Virus record (IMG/VR): IMGVR_UViG_2654587756_000002
Direction: 5' to 3' (one strand)
DNA length: 45,932 nucleotides
From: a virus
Shown piece by piece: positions 1 through 9,188 of this stretch. The translations under genes were made by a program, and so were the position numbers. Below the pieces are notes generated by a model that did no database searches, was not told where the DNA came from, and saw only the letters and a list, made by a program, of their open reading frames with translations. Numbering within the stretch: the first letter of the stretch is position 1; the number at the start of each line of letters is the position of its first letter.

Positions 1-1251
1 TTATGTTCCTTCTTGCCAGTTTGCCATGTAAGCTTTTTGTTTGTCTGTTAATGAGTCGATTTCAATGTCCATTGCTTGTAGTTTTAAGCTTGCTACATTG
101 TAGTCGATTTCATCAGGTGCTTTGGTTACACCGACAGGTAAATCATTTTCAAGAATGTGTTTTGCGGATAGTGCTTGTACTGCAAAACTCATGTCCATGA
201 TTTCAGCAGGATGTCCTTGTCCACGTGCTGCAGATAAGTTTACTAAACGACCGTCTGCGAGCAAGTAGATTTTTCTTCCATCTTTAGTTGTAAACTCTTC
301 GATACTTTCTCTTACTTCTTTTACTTCGGTTGAGATTGCTTCGAGGTCTTGTCTGTTGATTTCTACATTGAAGTGTCCGGAGTTTGCAAGCATGCATCCG
401 TTTTTCATGTATTTAAAGTCATCACCAGAGATGATATCAGCGTTACCGGTTACAGTAATGATTAAGTCTGCTTGTTTTACTGCTTCTCTTATGGTCATTA
501 CTCTGTATCCGTCCATTCTTGCTTCTAATGCTCTGATTGGGTCGACTTCTGTTACGATTACGTCTGCTCCGAGTCCTGCTGCTCTGAGTGCGAGTCCTCT
601 TCCGCACCATCCGTATCCGCAGACTACGACGGTTTTTCCTGCAATTACCATGTTAGTGGTTCCCATTATTGCGTCAAAGCTTGATTGACCAGTTCCGTAA
701 CGGTTATCGAATAAGTATTTGGTGTATGCGTCGTTTACTGCGATTACTGGGAATTTTAATGCGCCGTCTGCATGCATTGCCTGTAATCTATGTACTCCAG
801 TTGTGGTTTCTTCACATGCTCCTTTGATGTGGCTTAGCAATTCTGTTCTTTCGTTGTGAAGTACCATAATCATGTCTGCTCCGTCATCGATGATTATGTC
901 CGGTTTGTGGTCTAATACCATGTTAATGGTTTGGTAGTATTCTTCATCATCTTGTTCTCTCCAACCGTAAACATTTAATCCTAAGTCTGCAGCTCCAGCT
1001 ACAGCATCATCATGAGTGGATAATGGGTTACAACCAGTCATTGCAACTTCAGCTCCACCAGCCATTAAAGTTAAACCTAAATTAATTGTCTTAGGTTCTA
1101 AGTGTAAACATGATCCAATAGTAATTCCTTTGAAAGGTCGAGTTTCCAAATATTCTTCTTTAATGTGTTCTAAAACAGGCATGTGTTTTTGAACCCATTC
1201 AATCTTTCTGACACCCTCAGGTGCAAGAGACATATCTTTAACTTTACTCAT
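1..1251 (-). CDS. ahcY: S-adenosyl-L-homocysteine hydrolase (adenosylhomocysteinase)
   Basis: 416 aa with HLEPKT, CNPLST, DDGAD, EETTTG, FDNRYGTGQS, GYGWCGRG and RLVNL...GHP motifs. SD GGAGGT upstream. Stop TAA is at 1-3. Confidence 0.97.
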   Translation of the reverse strand: MSKVKDMSLAPEGVRKIEWVQKHMPVLEHIKEEYLETRPFKGITIGSCLHLEPKTINLGLTLMAGGAEVAMTGCNPLSTHDDAVAGAADLGLNVYGWREQDDEEYYQTINMVLDHKPDIIIDDGADMIMVLHNERTELLSHIKGACEETTTGVHRLQAMHADGALKFPVIAVNDAYTKYLFDNRYGTGQSSFDAIMGTTNMVIAGKTVVVCGYGWCGRGLALRAAGLGADVIVTEVDPIRALEARMDGYRVMTIREAVKQADLIITVTGNADIISGDDFKYMKNGCMLANSGHFNVEINRQDLEAISTEVKEVRESIEEFTTKDGRKIYLLADGRLVNLSAARGQGHPAEIMDMSFAVQALSAKHILENDLPVGVTKAPDEIDYNVASLKLQAMDIEIDSLTDKQKAYMANWQEGT

Positions 1252-1428
1252 AAATAAATACCTCCAAAATAAAAAAATAGTTGTATATTTAATATATAAT
1301 CAACCTATGAATACATTAATTTTTAAATTAAATAAAAGTATGCATTAATTATTTTAAATATATTTTCAATAACTTTAAAAAAATGTGAGAATTATTAGGA
1401 ATATGAATCCCCCACTTATTGTAAACAA

Positions 1429-2733
1429 TTAGCAACCAATTTGGAAAAGTTCAAATCCTTCATCTTCAATACGCTTAGAATAAATATTTCTCCCATCAAA
1501 AATAATTTTTTGATTTAATCTTTTTGAAAGTTCATCTAAATCCAAACTTCTAAATTCTTTCCATTCAGTTATTAATATTAATGCATCAGCATTATCCAAC
1601 GCGTCATATTTTGATGAAGTAAAATCAATATTTTCATCATCAATTTCTCTTTTAAATGTTTCAATAGCCTTAGAATCATATGCTTTAATTTTTGCTCCCC
1701 TTTTTAAAAGTTCGCTGACAATAGTGATTGAAGGAGCACATCTAACATCATCAGTTTGGGGTTTGAATGCAAGTCCCCAAATAGCAAAGGTTAAATCACT
1801 CAAATCAGGACCAAATCTATTAATTATTTTATCAATAATAACCATTTTTTGAGTTTCGTTAACTTCATCGACCATAGACAATATCCTTGGAATATAACCT
1901 TTTTCAACTGAAGTATTAATTAAACCTTTAACATCTTTTGGAAAACAAGACCCCCCATAACCACAACCGGCATAAATAAACTTATATCCAATGCGCTTAT
2001 CAGAACCAATACCTAAACGAACAGATTGTACATTAGCCCCTGTTTTTTCACAAATATTAGCTATTTCATTCATGAAAGATATTTTAGTTGCAAGCATTGC
2101 ATTAGCAACATATTTAGTCATTTCGGCACTTTTTACATCCATAAAAATAAAACGGTCATGATTTGCAACAAAAGGTTCATATAATTCTTTTAAAACATTT
2201 GCCACTTTTTCATCTTCAGTCCCAATAATAACTCTATCAGGATGTAAACAGTCTTCAATTGCAACACCTTCCTTTAAAAATTCAGGATTTGAAGCAATAT
2301 CAATATTAACGTTATTTAATTTATTTTCATTAATAATCTTTTTAACTTCAAAACCCGTACCTACAGGAACAGTAGACTTAGTGACAATTAAAGAATCTTT
2401 AGAAATAACCTCCGCAATTTGATTTGCAACAACATAAACAAAATCTAAATTAACACTACCATCATCTGCTTGAGGAGTACCTACAGCAATAAAAATGATA
2501 TTTGAATTATCCAAAGCTTCTTTTAAATCTGTTGTAAAAAATAAATTATTTTTAGCTTGGTTATCAATAACCATTGTAGCTAAATGAGGTTCATAAATAG
2601 GAATAATGCCTTTTTTTAAGTTTTCAATTTTATCTTCATCAATATCCACACAATAAACTTTATTACCCATTTCAGCAAAACAAGTCCCAGTTACGAGTCC
2701 AACATAACCCGTTCCAATAACAGTCAAATTCAT
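1429..2733 (-). CDS. ugd: UDP-glucose/GDP-mannose 6-dehydrogenase
   Basis: N-terminal GTGYVG Rossmann motif, AVGTP, KSTVPVGT, SNPEFLKEG, KYVANAMLATKISF and catalytic GYGGSCFPKD. Confidence 0.93.
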   Translation of the reverse strand: MNLTVIGTGYVGLVTGTCFAEMGNKVYCVDIDEDKIENLKKGIIPIYEPHLATMVIDNQAKNNLFFTTDLKEALDNSNIIFIAVGTPQADDGSVNLDFVYVVANQIAEVISKDSLIVTKSTVPVGTGFEVKKIINENKLNNVNIDIASNPEFLKEGVAIEDCLHPDRVIIGTEDEKVANVLKELYEPFVANHDRFIFMDVKSAEMTKYVANAMLATKISFMNEIANICEKTGANVQSVRLGIGSDKRIGYKFIYAGCGYGGSCFPKDVKGLINTSVEKGYIPRILSMVDEVNETQKMVIIDKIINRFGPDLSDLTFAIWGLAFKPQTDDVRCAPSITIVSELLKRGAKIKAYDSKAIETFKREIDDENIDFTSSKYDALDNADALILITEWKEFRSLDLDELSKRLNQKIIFDGRNIYSKRIEDEGFELFQIGC

Positions 2734-2750
2734 AATAGTATTTATGTGTT

Positions 2751-2764
2751 TAAATTATAAATAA
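2751..2764. promoter_or_regulatory. Putative shared (bidirectional) archaeal TATA element between ugd and the acetyltransferase
   Basis: Palindromic TTATAA at 2755-2760 in a 68-bp divergent gap, about 24 nt from the ugd ATG. Positional inference only. Confidence 0.35.
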
Positions 2765-2801
2765 TTTTAGAAAATAATACTTGAAAAAATATGGTGATAA
2801 A

Positions 2802-3410
2802 ATGAATGAAAATGAAAATAAGGTATTCTTTGAATCAGAAATTGACGAACTAATTGAATTAAAAGAAAAATTACATGAAAAATTTGAAAATATTAGCGAA
2901 AATGTGACTATAGGAGATTATACTTATGGTAACTTCGAAATAAGGGAATGGGATGATAAAACAAAATTAAACATTGGAAAATTTTGTTCAATAGCAAATG
3001 GAGTTATTTTTTTATTAGGTGGAGAGCATAGAAGTGATTTTATAACAACATACCCATTTAATGCATTATTAAAAAATTTTGAGTATATAGAAGGACATCC
3101 ACATACAAAAGGAGATATAACTATTGGAAATGATGTATGGATTGGTAGTGAAGCAAAAATACTTTCAGGAGTTACAATTAATGATGGTTCTATAATTGGT
3201 GCTAATTCAATTGTGACAAAAGATGTCCCACCATATTCCATAGTTGCAGGAAATCCTGCAATTATAATAAAATACCGATTTGAAGAAGAAACAATTGAAA
3301 AATTACTTAAAATAAAGTGGTGGGATTTTGATGAAAAAGAAATTATAAATATAATACCATTATTACAATCAGAAGATATAAGCGAATTAATTAAAAGATA
3401 TGGAAAATAA
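2802..3410 (+). CDS. CatB/Vat-like hexapeptide-repeat (XAT family) O-acetyltransferase, probably acting on sugar
   Basis: [33 protein letters not shown] and KWWD motifs. ATG at 2802 follows SD GGTGA at 2793-2797 (the track start is TTG 2781). Confidence 0.85.
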   Translation: MNENENKVFFESEIDELIELKEKLHEKFENISENVTIGDYTYGNFEIREWDDKTKLNIGKFCSIANGVIFLLGGEHRSDFITTYPFNALLKNFEYIEGHPHTKGDITIGNDVWIGSEAKILSGVTINDGSIIGANSIVTKDVPPYSIVAGNPAIIIKYRFEEETIEKLLKIKWWDFDEKEIINIIPLLQSEDISELIKRYGK

Positions 3411-3412
3411 TT

Positions 3413-4420
3413 TTATTTATTTCCATACATCTTTTCATAGTATTGTTGGTATTGGCCGCTTTTGACCTGATCCATCCAATCCTGATTATCAAGATACCAT
3501 TGAATTGTTTCTTTAATTCCAGTTTCAAAGGTATATTTTGGTTCCCAACCAAGTTCATTGCGGATTTTATCAGCATCAATAGCATAACGGCGGTCGTGAC
3601 CAAGACGGTCTGCAACAAACTCAATCAATGATTCATCTTTTCCTAATGCTTCAAGAATCAATTTTACAATTTGAATATTCTGTCTTTCGTTGTGCCCACC
3701 AATATTATAAACTTCACCAAGTTTTCCTTCATGCAAAACAAGATCTATAGCCTGGCAGTGGTCATATACATGCAACCAGTCACGAATGTTTTTACCGTCA
3801 CCATAAATCGGTAATTTCTTATCTTCAAGCGCATTGGAAATCATTAAAGGTATTAACTTTTCAGGGAACTGATAAGGACCATAATTATTAGAACAGCGTG
3901 TAATATTTACAGGTAAATCAAAAGTCTCAAAGTATGCTCTTGTAATCAAGTCTCCACCAGCTTTGGAAGCAGAATAAGGACTATTAGGTTGTAAAGGAGT
4001 AGTTTCACAAAAATAACCTGTTTCGCCTAATGTTCCGTAAACCTCATCTGTTGAAATTTGAATGTATTTTTCAACACCAAATTCTTTTGCAGCATTTAAC
4101 AAAACCTGAGTACCTAAAACATTTGACTTAATGAAAATCTCAGGATCAGTGATACTTCTGTCAACATGACTTTCAGCTGCAAAATTAATAACAAAATCAG
4201 ATTTAGAAACCAAATCATCAACAAGTTCCTTATCGCGAATATCACCTTTAACAAAAGAGTAATTATCCATATCTTCAATATCTTTCAAATTCTCCAGGTT
4301 ACCGCAATAAGTCAAAGCATCTAAATTAATAATATCATAATCGCAATACTTATCCAACATGTATTTGACAAAATTGCTTCCAATAAAACCTGCTCCACCA
4401 GTAATTAAAATAGTACTCAT
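3413..4420 (-). CDS. rfbB: dTDP-glucose 4,6-dehydratase
   Basis: ITGGAGFIG, AAESHVDRSI, STDEVYG, YSASK and DRLGHDRRYA. ATG at 4420 follows SD GGTGAG. Confidence 0.96.
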   Translation of the reverse strand: MSTILITGGAGFIGSNFVKYMLDKYCDYDIINLDALTYCGNLENLKDIEDMDNYSFVKGDIRDKELVDDLVSKSDFVINFAAESHVDRSITDPEIFIKSNVLGTQVLLNAAKEFGVEKYIQISTDEVYGTLGETGYFCETTPLQPNSPYSASKAGGDLITRAYFETFDLPVNITRCSNNYGPYQFPEKLIPLMISNALEDKKLPIYGDGKNIRDWLHVYDHCQAIDLVLHEGKLGEVYNIGGHNERQNIQIVKLILEALGKDESLIEFVADRLGHDRRYAIDADKIRNELGWEPKYTFETGIKETIQWYLDNQDWMDQVKSGQYQQYYEKMYGNK

Positions 4421-4433
4421 AAATATCTCACCA

Positions 4434-4991
4434 TTAGTATTTGATTTGTGATTCTGCAAATGTTGGCCATTTTTCATCCTTTTCAGAAAATATCAACTCA
4501 TCAATATCATCAATAGGCCAGTCAATACCAATATCAGGATCATTCCAAATAATTCCACCCTCATCATCACCATGATAAAATTCAGTACATTTGTATGCAA
4601 ACTCAGCCTCATCAGACAAAACTACAAAACCATGAGCAAAACAAGGAGGAATATACAACTGCTTCTTATTCTCATCAGACAAAATAGCACCAAACCACTT
4701 ACCATAAGTAGGAGAATCAGCTCTTAAATCAACACCAACATCAAACACTTCCCCTTTCAACACACGAACTAACTTACCCTGAGGATACTTTAACTGCAAA
4801 TGAAGACCTCTTAAAACTCCTTTTGATGAAGAAGACTGATTATCCTGAACAAAAGTCAAATCATAACCCGCATCCTTAAAATCATTCTCATTATAAGTCT
4901 CCATAAAATAACCACGATTATCACCAAAAACCGCAGGCTCCACCAAAAACATACCTTCAATATCACACTCAGTAAATTTAAATTGACCCAT
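4434..4991 (-). CDS. rfbC: dTDP-4-dehydrorhamnose 3,5-epimerase
   Basis: FGDNRGYFMETY, QDNQS, GVLRGLH, QGKLVRV and FAHGF cupin motifs. Confidence 0.96.
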   Translation of the reverse strand: MGQFKFTECDIEGMFLVEPAVFGDNRGYFMETYNENDFKDAGYDLTFVQDNQSSSSKGVLRGLHLQLKYPQGKLVRVLKGEVFDVGVDLRADSPTYGKWFGAILSDENKKQLYIPPCFAHGFVVLSDEAEFAYKCTEFYHGDDEGGIIWNDPDIGIDWPIDDIDELIFSEKDEKWPTFAESQIKY

Positions 4992-4997
4992 AAATAA

Positions 4998-5864
4998 TCA
5001 CCTTTCCGCTAAACCAAATAAATATTGTCCATAATCAGTTTTCTTAAGCTCTTCAGCGGTTTCAAGTAATTGTTCTTTTGAAATATATCCTTTAAGAAAA
5101 GCAATTTCCTCAAGACAAGCAATGTATAAACTTTGTCTTTTTTGAACCGTTTCAATAAAATTAGCAGCTTCCAAAAGACCAGCATGAGTTCCAGTATCCA
5201 GCCAAGCCATTCCACGACCCAAAAGCTCAACTTTAAGCTTTCCACGATTCAAATACTCCTCATTAACAGAAGTGATTTCAACTTCACCCCTATCAGAAGG
5301 TTTAACATTTTTCGCAATCTCAATTACATCATTATCATAAAAATACAAACCCGGCACAATATAATTAGACTTTGGTTTTTCAGGCTTTTCCTCAACAGAC
5401 AAAACATTCCAATCATCATCAAACTCAACAACACCAAAAGCTTCAGGATTATTAGTGTAATAACCAAAAATAACAGCACCCTCTTCAAGACTAGTTGCAT
5501 GCTCTAAAATCTCAGAAAACCTATGGCCATGGAAAATATTATCCCCAAGAATCAAAGCAACATTATCATCACCAATAAAGTCCTCACCAACAATAAAAGC
5601 CTCAGCAAGACCATTAGGATGCTTCTGAACAGCATACTCAAAACTAATACCCAAAGAAGACCCATCACCCAACAAATCCCTATACATAGGCAAATCACGA
5701 GGAGTGGAAATAATCAAAATCTCCTTAATTCCAGCAAGCATAAGGACAGAAACCGGGTAATAAATCATAGGCTTATCATATAATGGCAACAACTGCTTAG
5801 AAACGGCTTTAGTAATAGGATACAAACGAGTTCCAGAACCACCAGCAAGTACAATACCTTTCAT
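4998..5864 (-). CDS. rfbA: Glucose-1-phosphate thymidylyltransferase
   Basis: [39 protein letters not shown] and WLDTGT. ATG at 5864 follows SD GAGGTG. Confidence 0.97.
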   Translation of the reverse strand: MKGIVLAGGSGTRLYPITKAVSKQLLPLYDKPMIYYPVSVLMLAGIKEILIISTPRDLPMYRDLLGDGSSLGISFEYAVQKHPNGLAEAFIVGEDFIGDDNVALILGDNIFHGHRFSEILEHATSLEEGAVIFGYYTNNPEAFGVVEFDDDWNVLSVEEKPEKPKSNYIVPGLYFYDNDVIEIAKNVKPSDRGEVEITSVNEEYLNRGKLKVELLGRGMAWLDTGTHAGLLEAANFIETVQKRQSLYIACLEEIAFLKGYISKEQLLETAEELKKTDYGQYLFGLAER

Positions 5865-6107
5865 GAAAATCCACCTCACATACAATAAATAATTTTAACA
5901 AAAAATATTTGCTAAGTACTCTTATGAACTACATCATAAATTAATGTTTTCATAATTGTTTTTGAATTTTCAATGCAAAGATTTTTTTGAATTATATCTC
6001 CATATATGATTAACTCATATAAAACTATGAATCAAAATTTTTATCCATCTTAAGAATCCCATATATCTCACCAAAAAAATATTAATAATCATAACTCAAA
6101 CCAATAT

Positions 6108-7052
6108 TTAAAATTTTTTTATATCATTTATTTTTTTCTTTAGTTGAATATTTTCATAAATAATATGTCTAGCATCAAACTCAAATCTGTTCTTTTGAAT
6201 GTTTTCACATATCTCATGAATATTATTAATTTGGATTTTTCTAAGTTCAATATCTTCTTTAATAAACTTATTCAATTCAAAAATTAAACCAAAAGTATTA
6301 TCAAAATGAGCAGTTGGATAAAAAGCACTGAGCGTAAATGGAATTAAATTAAATTTAAACAAATTTTCTATAATTTTTAAAAAGGATATATCTGTGAAAA
6401 CCCAAAGATGACCATCAAAAATATGATTATTAAAATCATTCACATAATTTGAATAATTATCTAAACAGGCTTTAACATTAGGATTTGGATATTGATCCAA
6501 CTCTTTATTCCAAAAAATTATGGGATTATTAACATTAACCGAATCAATCATACTATCCAATACCAATCGTGGAGTATTAATTTCATCACCTCTTAAATAC
6601 ATATCAAATAAATCTGCAAATGATGAATTTTCTCGAAAATGATCAAATGTAAATTCTTTATTTGGAAGCAATAAACAAAGTTTGCCATTATCAGATAGTA
6701 TTTTACTTATATCTATCAAATGTTGTATTGGATCTGGAACATGCTCTAAAACATGACTAGAAAATACATAATCAAATTTTTCGCCACTATCTTTAAATGT
6801 ATCCTCATAAGATTCTTTAATAACATAATCAATATCAACAATACTATTAATAAATTCTTCATTAGAATTATACGATGAATATATACTTTTAACATCCTCA
6901 GTACTATTTATATCAGCATAATATACATTAAAATCAGATTTATGAAAAAAAGGTTTATTTAATGGACCAATTTCTAAAATTTTTCCATCATTTTTAATTT
7001 CATTTTTCATCCGATCATGTGCACGAACATCTAATGATAAATTGTTGTTCAT
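6108..7052 (-). CDS. Class I SAM-dependent methyltransferase (family A; paralogue of 24808..25755), predicted glycan O-methyltransferase
   Basis: ILEIGP SAM motif, FDYVFSSHVLEHVPDP and short C-terminal heptad tail. SD GGTGA; ATGA overlap with the upstream gene. Confidence 0.85.
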   Translation of the reverse strand: MNNNLSLDVRAHDRMKNEIKNDGKILEIGPLNKPFFHKSDFNVYYADINSTEDVKSIYSSYNSNEEFINSIVDIDYVIKESYEDTFKDSGEKFDYVFSSHVLEHVPDPIQHLIDISKILSDNGKLCLLLPNKEFTFDHFRENSSFADLFDMYLRGDEINTPRLVLDSMIDSVNVNNPIIFWNKELDQYPNPNVKACLDNYSNYVNDFNNHIFDGHLWVFTDISFLKIIENLFKFNLIPFTLSAFYPTAHFDNTFGLIFELNKFIKEDIELRKIQINNIHEICENIQKNRFEFDARHIIYENIQLKKKINDIKKF

Positions 7053-8551
7053 AAACTATCACCAAAAATATTAATATTACTCCAAAAATATATTTTTTTG
7101 TTTTTTACCCAATCAGGAGTTGCTAAATTATCAATAAATCTTTCAACTCTTGCTTCTATAATAACATCAGGATTAATAAATTTTATTAAATTTTCATCAA
7201 CAGTTGCATGGTCCCAACATAAAAATATATCTCGATAATAAAATGAAAAATACCATTTTAATAAATCAAAAGTTGAATCCCTAAATATTAATACAGATTT
7301 ATCTGAGAAACTATATGGATTATACCAATGAAATGATTCTCGTTTATGATAAAATTTAAACTTATCGGGGATGGGAATGGAACTAAGAACAAGAGGTTTT
7401 AAAACTAAATTAAATTTCTCAGTAGGAATATTTTTAAGTTCCAATTGCTCTTTTTTTGAATATGACCAATTTTTATCCGAAAGTAAATCACTATCCCAAA
7501 ATTCATTAATTTCTTTAACATTTGTGTCTAAAAGATTATTCCATGCCCCCATAGTTAATTTTTTATCCATATGATTTAAAAATTTAAATGAAAGAACATG
7601 ACCTCCAAAATAATTAATATGAGTATCAAATTTAAAATAATGAAGATGATTTAAATAATCTTTAAAATCTATAATTTCTTTAACAGAATCCACATTACGT
7701 TTAATTTTATCAAAATGGAATGGAAGAAAATCTTTACATACTATACTTTTATCAGGAATGCAAAAAAAGAAGTACTCAATACCATTATCTTCAAATAATT
7801 CCTTTTTAAAATAATATTCCTCTAAAAAATGTGATTTATTAAATTTATTTTCATAAGTAAAATCAAAATGTTGTCTAATCTCATTATTTTCATCATTGAT
7901 TAAGAATAAATAATTATCTTTACCCTTTAAGCAAAGTTTAAGATTTTGAGATAAAATTTCATCTATTGAAAAATTTTTAGTTAATACATTAGAAGAATCA
8001 TATTTTAAATAAAAAATAAATGGATTAATATTAAAATTTTGTATATTAGGATTTTGACTTAAATAATAATTAGTATCAAAATTCGGATTAGGATTAAAAC
8101 CTTTATGAACACCAACCTCTAAAAAATGAATAATCGGATTAACATCACTATCCAAACCATATTTTTCACAATAATACTCAGAATCAAAAAGATTTGAATT
8201 TAATATAATTAAATAATCTTCAACATCTTGAATATTTGAAAAATTCATATTAAATATTTCCTCAATAGATAAAAATTTAGTTAATCTATGTTCATCTAAT
8301 CCATATTTAATATAATGAACAAAAGGATTAATGTTCTTCTCGTATATGTCAGGATATCTATTACAATAAAAATTAGTATCAAAATTCGGATTAGGATTAA
8401 AACCTTTATGAACACCAACCTCTAAAAAATGAATAATCGGATTAACATCACTATCCAAACCATATTTTTCACAATAATACTCAGAATCAAAAAGATTTGA
8501 TTCATTTATAATTTTATAATCCTCAGAAAAATTCATAAAAACACAACTCAT
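7049..8551 (-). CDS. N-terminal ~36-aa repeat module fused to an AlgX/AlgJ-like (SGNH-like) polysaccharide O-acetyltransferase domain
   Basis: Repeats FDSEYY...NPIIHF...G. C-terminal part has KGKDNYLFL, IPDKSIVCKDFLP, YFKFDTHINYFGG and VLIFRDS, matching AlgX/AlgJ signatures. Start may be 8536. Confidence 0.68.
   Translation of the reverse strand: MSCVFMNFSEDYKIINESNLFDSEYYCEKYGLDSDVNPIIHFLEVGVHKGFNPNPNFDTNFYCNRYPDIYEKNINPFVHYIKYGLDEHRLTKFLSIEEIFNMNFSNIQDVEDYLIILNSNLFDSEYYCEKYGLDSDVNPIIHFLEVGVHKGFNPNPNFDTNYYLSQNPNIQNFNINPFIFYLKYDSSNVLTKNFSIDEILSQNLKLCLKGKDNYLFLINDENNEIRQHFDFTYENKFNKSHFLEEYYFKKELFEDNGIEYFFFCIPDKSIVCKDFLPFHFDKIKRNVDSVKEIIDFKDYLNHLHYFKFDTHINYFGGHVLSFKFLNHMDKKLTMGAWNNLLDTNVKEINEFWDSDLLSDKNWSYSKKEQLELKNIPTEKFNLVLKPLVLSSIPIPDKFKFYHKRESFHWYNPYSFSDKSVLIFRDSTFDLLKWYFSFYYRDIFLCWDHATVDENLIKFINPDVIIEARVERFIDNLATPDWVKNKKIYFWSNINIFGDSL
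8068..8500. repeat. 130-bp identical direct repeat (8068-8197 and 8371-8500), 303-bp (101-codon) offset
   Basis: Base-by-base comparison; encodes the duplicated SNLFDSEYYCEKYGLDSDVNPIIHFLEVGVHKGFNPNPNFDTN. Confidence 0.95.
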
Positions 8552-8557
8552 TTAATA

Positions 8558-9160
8558 TTAATCAATATATTCATCCAAATTATTTAACTTATACTCTATA
8601 TTATTTACTTTTTTTTCTAAATAATCACTGTTAAAATTAAGAATGCCCTTCTTCTTACAAACTAAACAATTATCAAACCAAGGTTTCGCATTTTCATTAA
8701 TTGATATATGTAAAATGTCAAAATTTACATATTCAGCAATAGCTTTCATACCATTTTCATTAAATCTATAACCATCAAATCCAGAATCCCCATGTTTTGG
8801 ACCATTACTTGGAACAATAATACAACAAAATCCTCCCGGCTTTAAAATTCTATCAATTTCATCCATAATAATCCAAAAAAAAGCCAAATGCTCAAATAAT
8901 TGACCAGAAATTACTACATCATATGAACTATCAGGTATTTCATCCCAATGATAAATATTATTCACAAGAATATCAACATTATCCCCCGGATTAAAATCCA
9001 ATCCAACATAATTCCAATTAAGTTTATCAAATAAAAATCGATAATTATAATTATTTCCAGAATTATCTAATGATCCAACATCCAAAATATTAATATTATC
9101 AAAATCATTCAAAAACTTATTTTTAAACCAATTCATTTTATCCATAGAAGATTTATGCAT
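8558..9160 (-). CDS. Class I SAM-dependent methyltransferase (family B, MHKSS-type), predicted glycan O-methyltransferase
   Basis: ILDVGS motif, YDVVISGQLFEHLAFFW and RILKPGG, plus a short C-terminal coiled coil. One of four paralogues. Confidence 0.88.
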   Translation of the reverse strand: MHKSSMDKMNWFKNKFLNDFDNINILDVGSLDNSGNNYNYRFLFDKLNWNYVGLDFNPGDNVDILVNNIYHWDEIPDSSYDVVISGQLFEHLAFFWIIMDEIDRILKPGGFCCIIVPSNGPKHGDSGFDGYRFNENGMKAIAEYVNFDILHISINENAKPWFDNCLVCKKKGILNFNSDYLEKKVNNIEYKLNNLDEYID

Positions 9161-9188
9161 TTTAACACCACTATTAAAATAAACTAAA

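Noticed and set aside
3-688. Plus-strand ORFs 3..200 and 356..688, and similar antisense ORFs elsewhere (2924, 3443, 5133, 5523, 7371, 17416, 19984, 21561, 22008, 22296, 30300, 30706, 31594, 36478, 39817, 42845, 43627)
   Set aside because: They are shadows of well-supported genes on the other strand, with no recognisable motifs.
2802-3410. Chloramphenicol or streptogramin resistance gene call
   Set aside because: The XAT fold alone does not show antibiotic specificity, and its position between ugd and rfbB favours sugar acetylation.
6020-6072. SD-like GGTGAG followed by the 12-codon ORF MGFLRMDKNFDS on the minus strand
   Set aside because: Too short and without homology cues. It may be a gene scar but cannot be supported.
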